From contig JBODTK010000124.1 of the NCBI GenBank assembly GCA_050613775.1, positions 310,001-374,000 on the forward strand: DNA of 64,000 nucleotides. The letters run 5' to 3'. Source of the stretch: Neocallimastix sp. 'constans' (taxonomy: Eukaryota). Positions 42,601-54,291 of this stretch are shown piece by piece (the first letter of the stretch is position 1; every line of letters starts with the position of its first letter). The notes under the pieces are model-generated. The model did not search any database. It was given only the letters and a program-made list of their open reading frames with translations, and was not told the origin of the DNA. The translations under genes were made by a program, and so were the position numbers.

Positions 42601-45233
42601 TTGAAGCTCAAAATGATAATGAAAATAAATTAACTGAAAATATTGATGAAAATGTAAAAGAAAATGAAATCATGCAAGTAGAGGATGAAAAAGAAAAAGT
42701 ACAAGAAGAAACTATTGAGATAATGGAAACTCAAGATAAGGAAAAAGATGAGACTAAAGTTGAAGCAGTGGTAGAATCAACTGAAAATAAAGAAGAAAAT
42801 GAAGAATTATTAATTGAAGCTAATAATAATGATCATAATGATGATAAAGTTAAAAAGGATTCAATAGATGAGAATAAGGAACAAAAAGAAGATATAGTAA
42901 AAGAAAATAGTATTGAAAAAGAAGGCAATGAAGCTGAAATATTAGATAATCATGAAGCAGCCGATGAAAGTAATATTGAAAAATTAGATAACGAAAAAGT
43001 AATTGATAAAGTTGAAGTAAATAAAGAAGAAGAAAAGGAAGAAATTCAAAAGGAATCTGAAGTCGATAATATTAATGAAAGTAGAGAAACCACTGAAATT
43101 GTGAAACAAGTCGAATCCGAAGAAAAAGTTGAAGAAAAAGTAGAAGAAAAGGTAGAAGTTAAAGAAGAAAGTATTGAAAATGTTGAAGAAAAAGTTGAAG
43201 AAAAAGTAGAAGTCAAAGAAGAAAATATTGAAAATGTTGAAGAAAAGATTGAAGAAAAGGTTGAAGAAAAGGTTGAAGAAAAGGTTGAAGAAAAGGTTGA
43301 AGAAAAGGTAGAAGTTAAAGAAGAAAGTATTGAAAATGTTGAAGAAAATGTTGAAGAAAAGGTTGAAGAAAAGGTTGAAGTTAAAGAAGAAAATATTGAA
43401 AATGTTGAAAATGTTGAAGAAAAGGTAGAAGAAAAAGAGGAAAATGTTGAAAATGTTGAAAATATAGAAGAAAAAGAAGAAGTTAAAGAAGAAAATGTTG
43501 AAAATGTAGTAGAAAGTGTTGAAGAAAAGGTAGAAGAAAAGGAAAAAGTTAAAGAAGAAAATGTTGAAAATTTAGTAGAAAGTGTTGAAGAAAAGGTAGA
43601 AGAAAAGGAAGAAGTTAAAGAAGAAAATGTTGAAAATGTAGTAGAAAGTGTTGAAGAAAAGGTAGAAGAAAAGGAAGAAGTTAAAGAAGAAAATGTTGAA
43701 AATGTAGAAAGTGTAGAAGAAAAAGAAGTTAAGGAAGAAAAGGTAGAAGAAAAGGAAGAAACTAAAGAAGAAAATGTAGAAAATGTTGAAAATGCTGAAG
43801 AAAAGGTTGAAGAAAAGGTTGAAGAAAAGGAAGAATTTAAAGAAGAGAATGTTGAAAATGGTGAAAATGTTGAAAATGTTGAAGAAAAGGTAGAAGAAAA
43901 GGTAGAAATTAAAGAAGAAAATATTGAAAATGTAGAAAATGTTGAAGAAAAGGAAGAAGAAAAAGAAGAAGTTAAGGAAGATAATGTTGAAAATGTAGAA
44001 AGTGTAGAAGAAAAAGAAGTTAAGGAAGAAAAGGTAGAAGAAAAGGAAGAAGAAAAGGAAGAAGAAAAGGAAGAAATTAAAAAAGAAAATGTTGAAAATG
44101 TTGAAGAAACGGTAGAAGAAAAGGAAGAAGCTAAAGAAGAGAATGTTGAAAATGTAGAAAATGTTGAAGAAAAGGTAGAAGGAAAGGAGGAAGTTAAAGA
44201 AGAGAATGTTGAAAATGTAGAAAATGTTGAAGAAAAGGTAGAAGAAAAGGAAGAAGAAAAGGAAGAAATTAAAGAAGAAAACGTTGAAAGTGTAGAAGAA
44301 AAGGAAGAAATTAAAGAAGAGAATGTAGAAAATGTTGAAGAAAAGGTAGAAGAAAAGGAAGAAGTCAAAGAAGAAAATGTTGAAAATGTTGAAAGCGTTG
44401 AAGAAAAAGAAGAAGTAAAAGAAGAAGTCAAGGAAGAAAACGTTGAAAATATAGAAGAAAAGGAAGAAGTTAAAGAAGAACAAGAACAAGGTGAAGAACA
44501 AGTTGAAAGTGTTAAAGAAAAGGAAGAAGTTAATGAAGAGAAAGTCGAAGAAAGTAACAAAGATGAATCAGAAAATATTGAAAATACTGATAATAATGAA
44601 TCGACTGAAGAATTAAAAGAATCTGAACAAGACTCAAACAAAAATGAAAACAATGATATTGATGAAAGTAATAAAGAATCAGAACAACTTGAAAGTTCAA
44701 ACGAAGATATTGAAAAATCAGATGAATCTAATCAAGATGATAGTAATGAAGAATCAGACCAAATAAAAGATTCCAATGAGGAATCTGAAAATGTCAAGGA
44801 TACTCAAGAAGAAGTAAGTAATGAAGATTCAGAACAAGTTAAAGACTCAAGTGAAAATATTTCAAATGAATCAGAAGAAGTAAATAATTCAAATGAAGAT
44901 ATTGCTAATGAAAGTTCAGAACAAAATGAAAATAATAGTAATGAAGAATCTGAAGTGGTAAATGATTCGAATGAAGAAGTAGAAAATACAAAAGATTCCC
45001 AAGATGAAATAAGTAACGAAGAATCAGAGCAAGTAAAAGATTCTAATGGTGAAGATACTTCTAATGATAATAATGAAGAAGCAGAACAAGCTGAAAATTC
45101 AGAAGAGAAAGCTAGTAATGAAGAATCAGAGCAGGTAGAGGATTCTAATGAAAATATTAATAATGAAGAAACTGAGGAAGTAAATAGTTCTAATGAGGGT
45201 TCCAACAGTGAAGAAAATGTTAGTAATGAATAA
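39681..45233 (+). CDS. lebercilin (LCA5)-like coiled-coil protein with very long Glu/Lys/Val-rich acidic tail, 6 exons
   Basis: Five upstream exons (approx. 39681-39789, 39985-40160, 40394-40495, 40793-40987, 41166-41297) splice into the 1233-aa ORF. KAFLVN-IQKAQDNALK...YPETIAKLNEEIKALK, EEREKL and KKIYNAN resemble the lebercilin domain as I recall it. The gene itself is well supported; the family call is tentative. Confidence 0.6.
43120..44480 (+). repeat. coding tandem repeats (EEKV / EENVENV)
   Basis: GAAGAAAAGGTA/GTT and GAAAATGTT units reiterated over about 1.35 kb. Confidence 0.9.
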
Positions 45234-46766
45234 AAAAAAAATTTTTTTAAAATTGGAAGATAAAAATTACTAACAATAAATAAAAAAAAAATTTTTTTTT
45301 TTTATTATTTAAAGTTTTTCTTTAATTTTTAAAATTAAACTATTATTATTATTATAGTAAAAATTATATATCTTATATATTATAAATAATTATAATAATA
45401 ATTAAAAAAAAATTTTTATTAATTTTGTTTCATATAAAAATCTTTTATAAATACAAAAATTTTTAATTATAAGCAATTCATTTTTGGATAATTCATTTTT
45501 TTATTAATATCATTTTTTTTTTTTAGTTAATTTTTTTTTTTCATGTTTTTTAATTACATTTATTTATTTATTTATTTTTTTTTTTTGTATTCAAAGCACA
45601 ACATATTATTAACATACAATAATATATATATTACATTCCATTATTTATTTATTAATTTATTTATTTTTTTTTTTTTAAATATTTTTACTTTTGTAGTTTC
45701 AACAATAGTTATAAATAAATAAATGTTTAAATTTAAACATATAAAGTAAATAAATTTTTATTAACACTTCATTTTAAATATATAAATAAATAAATTACTA
45801 TGTTTTTATATAAGCAAACATCTTTTTATTAATTACTATACTGACATTCTTTAAATAATTGTTTAAATTTATTCAGTTAATTACATATAAAACTTATTAT
45901 GTTAATAAAATATTTTTAAAAAAATTAAAATATAAACAAAAATATTGAATGTATACAATATATACAATATAATATATTTATAGTAATAATAGAATAATTA
46001 AATATCAATTATATACACATATATTATTTTTGAAAATAAAATATATATAAATGATATTATATGAAAAAAATTTAAAATTAATTTTCTATTTATTTTTACA
46101 TATTTTTCTTTATTTCAAATAAAAATATTATCTCTATTAAAATTATAATTTTATTTAATTTATTACTTTATCCTATTGTAATAATAATAACGTAGCATAA
46201 TTATCATTAATACTTTCAAACTTTTTATAAATCTACTTAATATATAAATATATATTTTAATACATAAGAATTTTTCTGTCATAACCAAAGTATATTTAAT
46301 ATTATAATAATAAATCATCAACTTTGAAAATTTAAAATTACATATTAATAATAAATATTATAATTAATAATATTAATAATGATAATAGAAAAAAAAAAGA
46401 ATTTTTTTTTTTTTCATATCTATATGATGTACTTAATTTTCCTATAGTAATGTTTAAAAAAGAACTTTTTTTTAAACTTTTAAAATTTTAACCATTTAAA
46501 AATTAACTTTTTTTTTAAAAAAAAAAAAATTAAAATTAAATTAGTTTGACCGAAAAAAAAAAAATTCCTATTGTATTTAAAGTTTCAATTTAAATATATA
46601 TCTAATTTAATATTAAAAAAAAAGAAAAGTTTAGTTTATGTACTAGTAAACCGAATTAAATAAATAAATAAATAATAATTTTTCTAAGATTAAATTTTTT
46701 TTTATAAATTAAGATTTTCGAGGAAATAATAATATTTTTTTTTTTAAATTCAAAAGAATTTAATTT

Positions 46767-47045
<279 letters not shown>

Positions 47046-47103
47046 TATAATTTAATAATTATAATAAATAATAATAAAATTAATAATAATTTATAATAAT
47101 AAT

Positions 47104-47144
<41 letters not shown>

Positions 47145-47626
47145 TAGATTAATAATTTTTTTTATTTATATATTTAAAATTTTACAGTTTTTATATATAT
47201 ATATATATAATTATTTATGTCATTTATTACATTTATAATATAAATTCTTATAATTATTTATAATATTTATTACATTTATATAATATAAATTCTTTTATTT
47301 TATATATATTTTTTTCATTTATAGTGTATTAATTTATTATTTAACTATATAATTACTTATCTTTTTTATAGTTATTTATACATAAATATATTTATTTATT
47401 TATTTTTCTAATTCATTATTCCTTTATTTAAATTAAAGGAATAAAGTTTTTTCTTTTTTTTCCTTTCTTTTTTTTTTTTTTTTTTTTATGTTTTATTGAT
47501 TTATAAAAGTTATAAATTAATTAACATTTTTTTTATTTTATTTTTTTTTTTTTTTTTTTTTTTTGTTTTTGTTTTTGTTTTTGTTTTTGTTTTGCTTTGT
47601 TTTATTGATAAAGAAAAATAAATCAA

Positions 47627-49801
47627 CTACGACATTGATATACCTATAGTCTTTTTAGTTACTTCTTTGTTTTTACTGGTAGTTTCGTTACTATTATTAT
47701 TACTATTCTTTTGTTTTAAGTTTTGAATAAATGATCTTGGTTTATTTTGAATAGATGATACAGGACTAGTTTGATTTGATCCATATACATAACTATTGGA
47801 GAAATAAAATTGTTGAGGACTTGAACTTCCTGACATTAAAATTGTTGCTACTTTATTATGAATATTTTGTGTAACTGGTGATTTTGATGATGAAGAAGAT
47901 ACTGCTGAATAAGCAGATTGAGGTGAATAATTATTAGATCTTGATAGTGGTCCTTGAGTTTTTGATTTATTAGTATTGGAAGTATTAATACTAATTTGTT
48001 TTGATTTATTTGATTGTTGTTGTTGTTGTTGCTGTTGTTTTTGATTTTTATTATTTTTATTATTAAAAGTGGGTTTACCATTTCCCTTTAATTGTTTATT
48101 GTTGTTGTTATTGTTGTTGTTATTATTATTTTGTTTGAATGATTTATTAGATTGATTTTTATTAAATGATTTATTATTTGGTTGTTGGGGTGGTTGATTT
48201 GAAGTATTAGCACCATTGGCATAATAATTATTGATACGTTCAATAACATTATTATAATTAATTGGATATGGACCTTGATTTGGTTGCATTAATTTATTAA
48301 AATCATTATATATAGAATAATTTGCTACATATCTAGCATAAGTACTATTCTTATTAAATTTCTTTTTATTATAGTATGGTTTTTTATAGGTAGTAGAAGA
48401 ATCTAATTTGAAAGTTACGGTATGCTTTTTACTTAATGGTGGAGATGGACGTTGTACCATACGTTTACGTCTTTGAGTGGCTTCTTTCAGTTGACTAATG
48501 GTATTTAATCTTATTTCGTTGTTTTTCACTTTCATCGTTTGTCTCGATTTAACATAATTATTCCATACTTTCGATCCCGAAAGAATTTCATTACTATGAG
48601 ATATATTTTCTGTGGAGATATTATTATATGAAGATGATATTTGATTTTTCTGCATAGAGGAAGGAACAAATGATTTAGCATTAGCATTTAATTTTTTCTT
48701 CATAATACTATCAGTACTGGTAAGATCTTGACCAGATAAATTATTAACAAAATTATTTAATTTTAATTGATGGTCATAGAAAGGTTCGTAATCCTCCATA
48801 ACACCATCTTCTGCTTCAAATGGATCGTACTGTGGATATCCAATAAGAGAAATTGGACAATTTTCAAATGCATTTTCAATTAATCCAGAACTGGAGGTTC
48901 TTCTCTTATTTTTTTTCTTACTTTCTGCCTCAGCTTGATCTATAAGTTTCTTACTGAGGTTGGCACTCGCCTTAATAATACCACTGTTTGGATTACGTTT
49001 ACTATAATCAATTAAATGCCATTCTTGTGGTGATCTATTCAAGGCATAAACTGATGTGACAGAAAGTGATAATTTTCGAATACTAATTTGATTATTTTCA
49101 TTTTTAGCTTTATCATTATATTCCACTAAGAATATTGGATTATTATCATACCAAGCTTTTGCTCTTCTAATTATCTTTGAGTGTCCAAGGTAAATAAATG
49201 CATCATATAAATGATTTAATGGATATTTATTATTAATATGAACATTTTTATCCGTAATTTCTTTTTCTTGGAGTGAAGCTTCTTCTTCTGACATTTCTTT
49301 ATAAAAGGTATATAAATGACTGCGATAATAATTAAAATCATCATTATTATTCTTATATTCATTATTACTATTATTTTTATTATTTTTATTATTTTTATTG
49401 TTATTATTATTATTATTATTTTTTTTTAATTTTGATTGATTCTTTTCTACATTAGCTGATTGATTTTTCTTCATTATATCCTCCATTTTTTGTTCTCTCT
49501 TTTTTTCACTATTTACTCTCTCATATTTATAGTTATATTTAATTTGTGATGGAGTATCATCCTCACTAATAAATAAGTGTTTATTTCTTCTCTTTTTATG
49601 TCTATATCCACTTGTTCTAATAAATTTTCCACCAACATTTTTCTTTTGAGATGTTTCTTCATTAAGAGGAACATCAGTACTGATGTCTACCTCTTTATTT
49701 TCATCATCTTTATTCAATTTTTTATTATCCGTCCCATCTTTAGACTTATTACTTGAAATATTATTTTTATTTTTATTTGATTTAGATTTATTAACGACCA
49801 T
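47627..49801 (-). CDS. intronless 724-aa Asn/Gln/Lys-rich protein with a PAM2-like motif
   Basis: Long ATG-started ORF in a stop-rich genome. KLNANAKSFVPS resembles the PAM2 consensus; one probable globular segment around aa 190-290. Confidence 0.8.
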   Translation of the reverse strand: MVVNKSKSNKNKNNISSNKSKDGTDNKKLNKDDENKEVDISTDVPLNEETSQKKNVGGKFIRTSGYRHKKRRNKHLFISEDDTPSQIKYNYKYERVNSEKKREQKMEDIMKKNQSANVEKNQSKLKKNNNNNNNNKNNKNNKNNSNNEYKNNNDDFNYYRSHLYTFYKEMSEEEASLQEKEITDKNVHINNKYPLNHLYDAFIYLGHSKIIRRAKAWYDNNPIFLVEYNDKAKNENNQISIRKLSLSVTSVYALNRSPQEWHLIDYSKRNPNSGIIKASANLSKKLIDQAEAESKKKNKRRTSSSGLIENAFENCPISLIGYPQYDPFEAEDGVMEDYEPFYDHQLKLNNFVNNLSGQDLTSTDSIMKKKLNANAKSFVPSSMQKNQISSSYNNISTENISHSNEILSGSKVWNNYVKSRQTMKVKNNEIRLNTISQLKEATQRRKRMVQRPSPPLSKKHTVTFKLDSSTTYKKPYYNKKKFNKNSTYARYVANYSIYNDFNKLMQPNQGPYPINYNNVIERINNYYANGANTSNQPPQQPNNKSFNKNQSNKSFKQNNNNNNNNNNNKQLKGNGKPTFNNKNNKNQKQQQQQQQQSNKSKQISINTSNTNKSKTQGPLSRSNNYSPQSAYSAVSSSSSKSPVTQNIHNKVATILMSGSSSPQQFYFSNSYVYGSNQTSPVSSIQNKPRSFIQNLKQKNSNNNSNETTSKNKEVTKKTIGISMS

Positions 49802-50181
49802 TTTTTACTTTATGTATATATATATATATGTTGTATATATGTATCTATATTTGTATGTATATATGTACGTGTATGTATATTCTTTATTCTTTAACTATTA
49901 AAATGTTCTATATAATTATCATTTATTACAAATAAATAATTTAAAAAAGATAGTCTTTTAAAGTCTTAATAAAAAAAATATATTAGTATAATTCAATAAA
50001 ATAAAAAACTATTATTTTATTATTAAATAATTTATCATAAATATTTAATTAAAAAAAAAAAAAAAAAAAATGAAATTTAAAAAAAAATATATATATATAT
50101 ATTTATAAAAAATATATATATAATTAAAATTGTATATTTAACAATTTATTATTATTAATCAAATATTATATGATTAATAAT

Positions 50182-50221
<40 letters not shown>

Positions 50222-50972
50222 TGTTATTATTAAATTAAATCCAATATTAAATTTTATTAATATTTGTATTAATATTGATATAAAATTAAATAAAAATCTA
50301 AAATAAAGATATTTTTATTTTTAAACTTTATATTATTAAATCATTTTAATAAATTATTATAAAGTATAAATTATATATATATATATTAGATTATATCCAC
50401 TTATATTAAATTATTCTTACTTTATATTACTATTATTATTAATAGAATTAAAACTTTAGCTTAATTATTAATAATCCTTGGAAACTTTAAATTTTTTTTG
50501 TTACTATTTAAAATTTTAAAATAAACTATCTTCATTTATTTAAAACAATTAAATAAATAAATAAATAAATAAAGAAGTAAATAAATATACTCTAAAAGTT
50601 AATAAGTCAATATTTAAAATATATATATATAAATATATGTAATTAATAAAAGAAAAATAATATTTATTTTTGATATTAATTTTTATAATATGTAAAATTT
50701 GTATCATAAAATTTTTATAATATTTCATTTAAAATTTAAAATATTTATATACATATATATTTATAAGTAAGATCTCCTTTTAGAATGTTTGTATTAGATC
50801 TTAAAAAATAATCTATTAACTTAATAACATATTTATTATATCATCTATTAAAATTGTTCATTTAATTATCTAATTTCATTTAAAAAAATATATAAAACTT
50901 TATCAAAAAAAAATTATTTTTAAAAATTATTATTAATATTATTAATTATTATTAATTGTTTAAATGTATTAA

Positions 50973-51038
<66 letters not shown>

Positions 51039-51051
51039 TTAATTTATTAAG

Positions 51052-51771
51052 ATGGAAAATAAAAATTTATTATTATTTGATTTTGATGGGACCATCGTTG
51101 ATGGTGATATAGTTTTTACCATGTTTGAAAAAACTCTGAGTGAAGAGGACTACAAGTTGGTCACAGATTTTGAACATTTAAATTACGCAGAAGCCATCAA
51201 TAAATACTATAATTTAATGAAATCCTATAATAAAACCATGGACGATATTAATCCAGTATTAGAAGAAGTAAAATTTAATGAAGATTTTCCTGAACTCTTT
51301 AATTATATTAGAAAAAATAAAGATAAATTTTATGTTATATTAATTACAGGTGATGATCTTTATCCTCCTACATATTTTTTAAAGAAAAAAGGATTAATTG
51401 ATTTGTTTGACTATTTTATTGGTATACCTTCAAAATTAGAAGATGGAGAAACCATGGTAAAAGTCACCTATTTAGATCCTCATAATTGTAATTATTGTGA
51501 TAAATCGCTTTGTAAAAATTTCGAATATAAAAAATTTATAGAAAAGCATCAAGAGTTTAAAGGAAGTAAATCATTTTATATATGTGACGGATGGAATGAC
51601 TATTGTTTAGCAAGTCAATCAATGAAGGATTCGGATGTCGTTTTGGTTAGAGAAGGGTTCAGATTTTCAAATATGTTGAAAGATGAAAAGTTTAAAAAAA
51701 ATATGAAATGTAATGTGGAGTATTGGAAAAATGGAATGGAAATAATAGAAACTTTGAAAAAATATACTTAA
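51052..51771 (+). CDS. HAD-superfamily phosphatase, PHOSPHO1/2-like (pyridoxal-phosphate/phosphoethanolamine phosphatase family), intronless
   Basis: Motif I FDFDGTI, motif II ILITG, Cys cluster HNCNYCDKSLCK ending in the motif III Lys, motif IV YICDGWNDYC, then DVVLVREGF. Confidence 0.85.
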   Translation: MENKNLLLFDFDGTIVDGDIVFTMFEKTLSEEDYKLVTDFEHLNYAEAINKYYNLMKSYNKTMDDINPVLEEVKFNEDFPELFNYIRKNKDKFYVILITGDDLYPPTYFLKKKGLIDLFDYFIGIPSKLEDGETMVKVTYLDPHNCNYCDKSLCKNFEYKKFIEKHQEFKGSKSFYICDGWNDYCLASQSMKDSDVVLVREGFRFSNMLKDEKFKKNMKCNVEYWKNGMEIIETLKKYT

Positions 51772-52504
51772 AAAAAAAAAAAGTTTAAATAAAAATTTTT
51801 ATAAAAATTATATTTATATTTATTTATATATATATATATAAATATAATTATTTAATAATATTTATATTAATTATGTGATAGATTAAATATATATATATAT
51901 ATATATATTTTTTTTTTCACTTCTTTTATTTTCTTTTGAAGTTTTTAAGATCAACATTCATTATTCTTTTTCAATACAAATATAAAATTTTTCTTTTTCT
52001 TTTCTTTTAATTAAAAAATTCAATCTTATTTTAAAATTTCATTGATTATATTCATGTAATAGAAATCCTTCATTATTAGAAAAAAAAATTTTTTTTATTA
52101 ATATTAAAAAAGAGTATATCATTAATTAATCATATTAATTTAAAATATCACACTTTATCCTGTTTAGTCAATTTCCATTATTATTATTATAATTTTAAAC
52201 ATTTTTTTTTCTTTCCTATTTAATATATAAAGAAAAAAAAATAATAATTCATATCAATCTTCATAAACATTTTATGAGGTGTATTTATTAACGGTTTTTA
52301 TGAAATAAAAATATAATCAAATTGTTTATATGAACAAGTACATTTCTTTATTTATCAATAATATTTAAAAATGCCATTAATAAATAAAAAAAAAATAAAA
52401 TAAAATAAAAAAAAAAATAATGGTATTTCGTCCTTTCATTCTTTTAGAAGTATAAAATAATAATTAAATAGAAATGAACATAAAAAAAGAAAAAGTATTT
52501 CAAT

Positions 52505-52537
<33 letters not shown>

Positions 52538-52651
52538 ATTATTATGATTATGATTAAAATAAAAAAAAAAACATATTATTAGATATAAAAATATTTTATT
52601 ACTTTAAAATTCACAATATTAAGTCCTCAATTATTATGAACTTTAATTTTA

Positions 52652-52691
52652 GTCAATTATTCATTTATTTATATATTTAGTACATATATTT

Positions 52692-52732
<41 letters not shown>

Positions 52733-52816
52733 ACAAAATTAATAAAAAATATATATATATATTGTTTGCCCAAATTGTCAATTATTCATTTATTTATATA
52801 TTTAGTACATATATTT

Positions 52817-52857
<41 letters not shown>

Positions 52858-52902
52858 ACAAAATTAATAAAAAATATATATATATATTGTTTGCCCAAAT
52901 TG
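52652..52902 (+). repeat. tandem duplication of ~125 bp
   Basis: GTCAATTATTCATTT...GTTTGCCCAAATTG occurs twice head-to-tail. Confidence 0.9.
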
Positions 52903-53160
52903 AACATAATAAATAGTAATGTGGAATAAAAGTAATACTCAAAATAAAGTGTATAAATAAATTCCGAAAAAAGTCCTTATACAACGAACTTCACCTCCAG
53001 ATTATAAGATTTTTTTTTTATGGAATACTGATCCCGGATTAAGGTTTGGATTAATAGTTTGAAGAAAATTATAGTAGTCTTCTCCTTTTTTATAATTTAA
53101 ATCATTAATGCTTACATCTCTTTCACCAAGTAAGAAGTTATATACTCGGTACCACTTCAT
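52890..53160 (-). pseudogene. coding-like fragment with internal stops, family unknown
   Basis: Reads MKWYRVYNFLLGERDVSINDLNYKKGEDYYNFLQTINPNLNPGSVFHKKKIL*SGGEVRC; higher complexity than its flanks. Confidence 0.25.
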
Positions 53161-54104
53161 AAATATATATAATACAACTCTTTATTTAGAAAATTACTAA
53201 TATAAACATGATTTTATTCATAATATTAACTACATGATTAATATTAACTACTTTTGACTTATTCATTACATTATTAGCAACTATACTATTTTTTTCATGT
53301 TCACTAATACTAATATTAATATTTTAATTTTCATTATCAACACTATTACTATTATTAACAACAATATTACTATTATTATAATTATTATTAAAATTAAACA
53401 CTTCGTTACTACTATCAGAATCAATATTTGATTCTACGTGCGACAACAGTGTTTATAACGAATCTTTTATATAAATATATCCTTTTTTTTTTTTTTTTTT
53501 ATTTTCATTTTCATTTTACTTTTTAAAAAATAAGTAAAAAAAAAATAAAAATAAATATATAATTATATAAATAAATAAATAAACAAATATAAAAGTAAAA
53601 AAAAAAAAAAATTATCATAAATTAAATAAAAAAAAAAAAAAATCATATTTAAACTATTCATTTAATACACCTTATTTATCTTTTTATTATTACTTTTTCT
53701 TTTTTTTTTTTTTTTATTTTTATTTTATTTTAACTTTTTTTTTTTTTTTTTTTTTTTTTTTGTTACTCTAGTTTTATATTTATAACATTTATTTTAACTT
53801 ATTTACAATTTAAATAAAATAAATATTAAAAACATTTATATTTAAAAAATACAATTTAAATTTTTTTTTTTTTTTTTTTTGGTGGATTATTTAATAAATC
53901 TAATTGAATATATATAATTTTTATGATATTTATAATTATTACTTTTTTTTGTTTTGTTTTTTTCTGTTTTTATAGACAATCCTTCAATGATAAATTTTAA
54001 AAAGTTTGTAAATTTGTTATTATTTGTATAAAAATTATATATAATACATAAATATTATGAATAAAACTAATATTAAAAAAAAATAACAATAAAAAAAAAA
54101 AAAT

Positions 54105-54136
<32 letters not shown>

Positions 54137-54291
54137 TATAACAATAATAAATAAAATAAAATAAAAAATAAAATATGAATTAAAAAAAAATATAATAACT
54201 TCAAGAAAAAATGCTTAAATAAATAAATAAAAATTATAAAATTATTTAAAATAAAAATATATATATATATTTATATATATATATTTTGTTT

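Noticed and set aside
43046..45205. Long minus-strand ORFs (535, 309 and 133 aa)
   Set aside because: Antisense shadows of the Glu-rich repetitive plus-strand exon.
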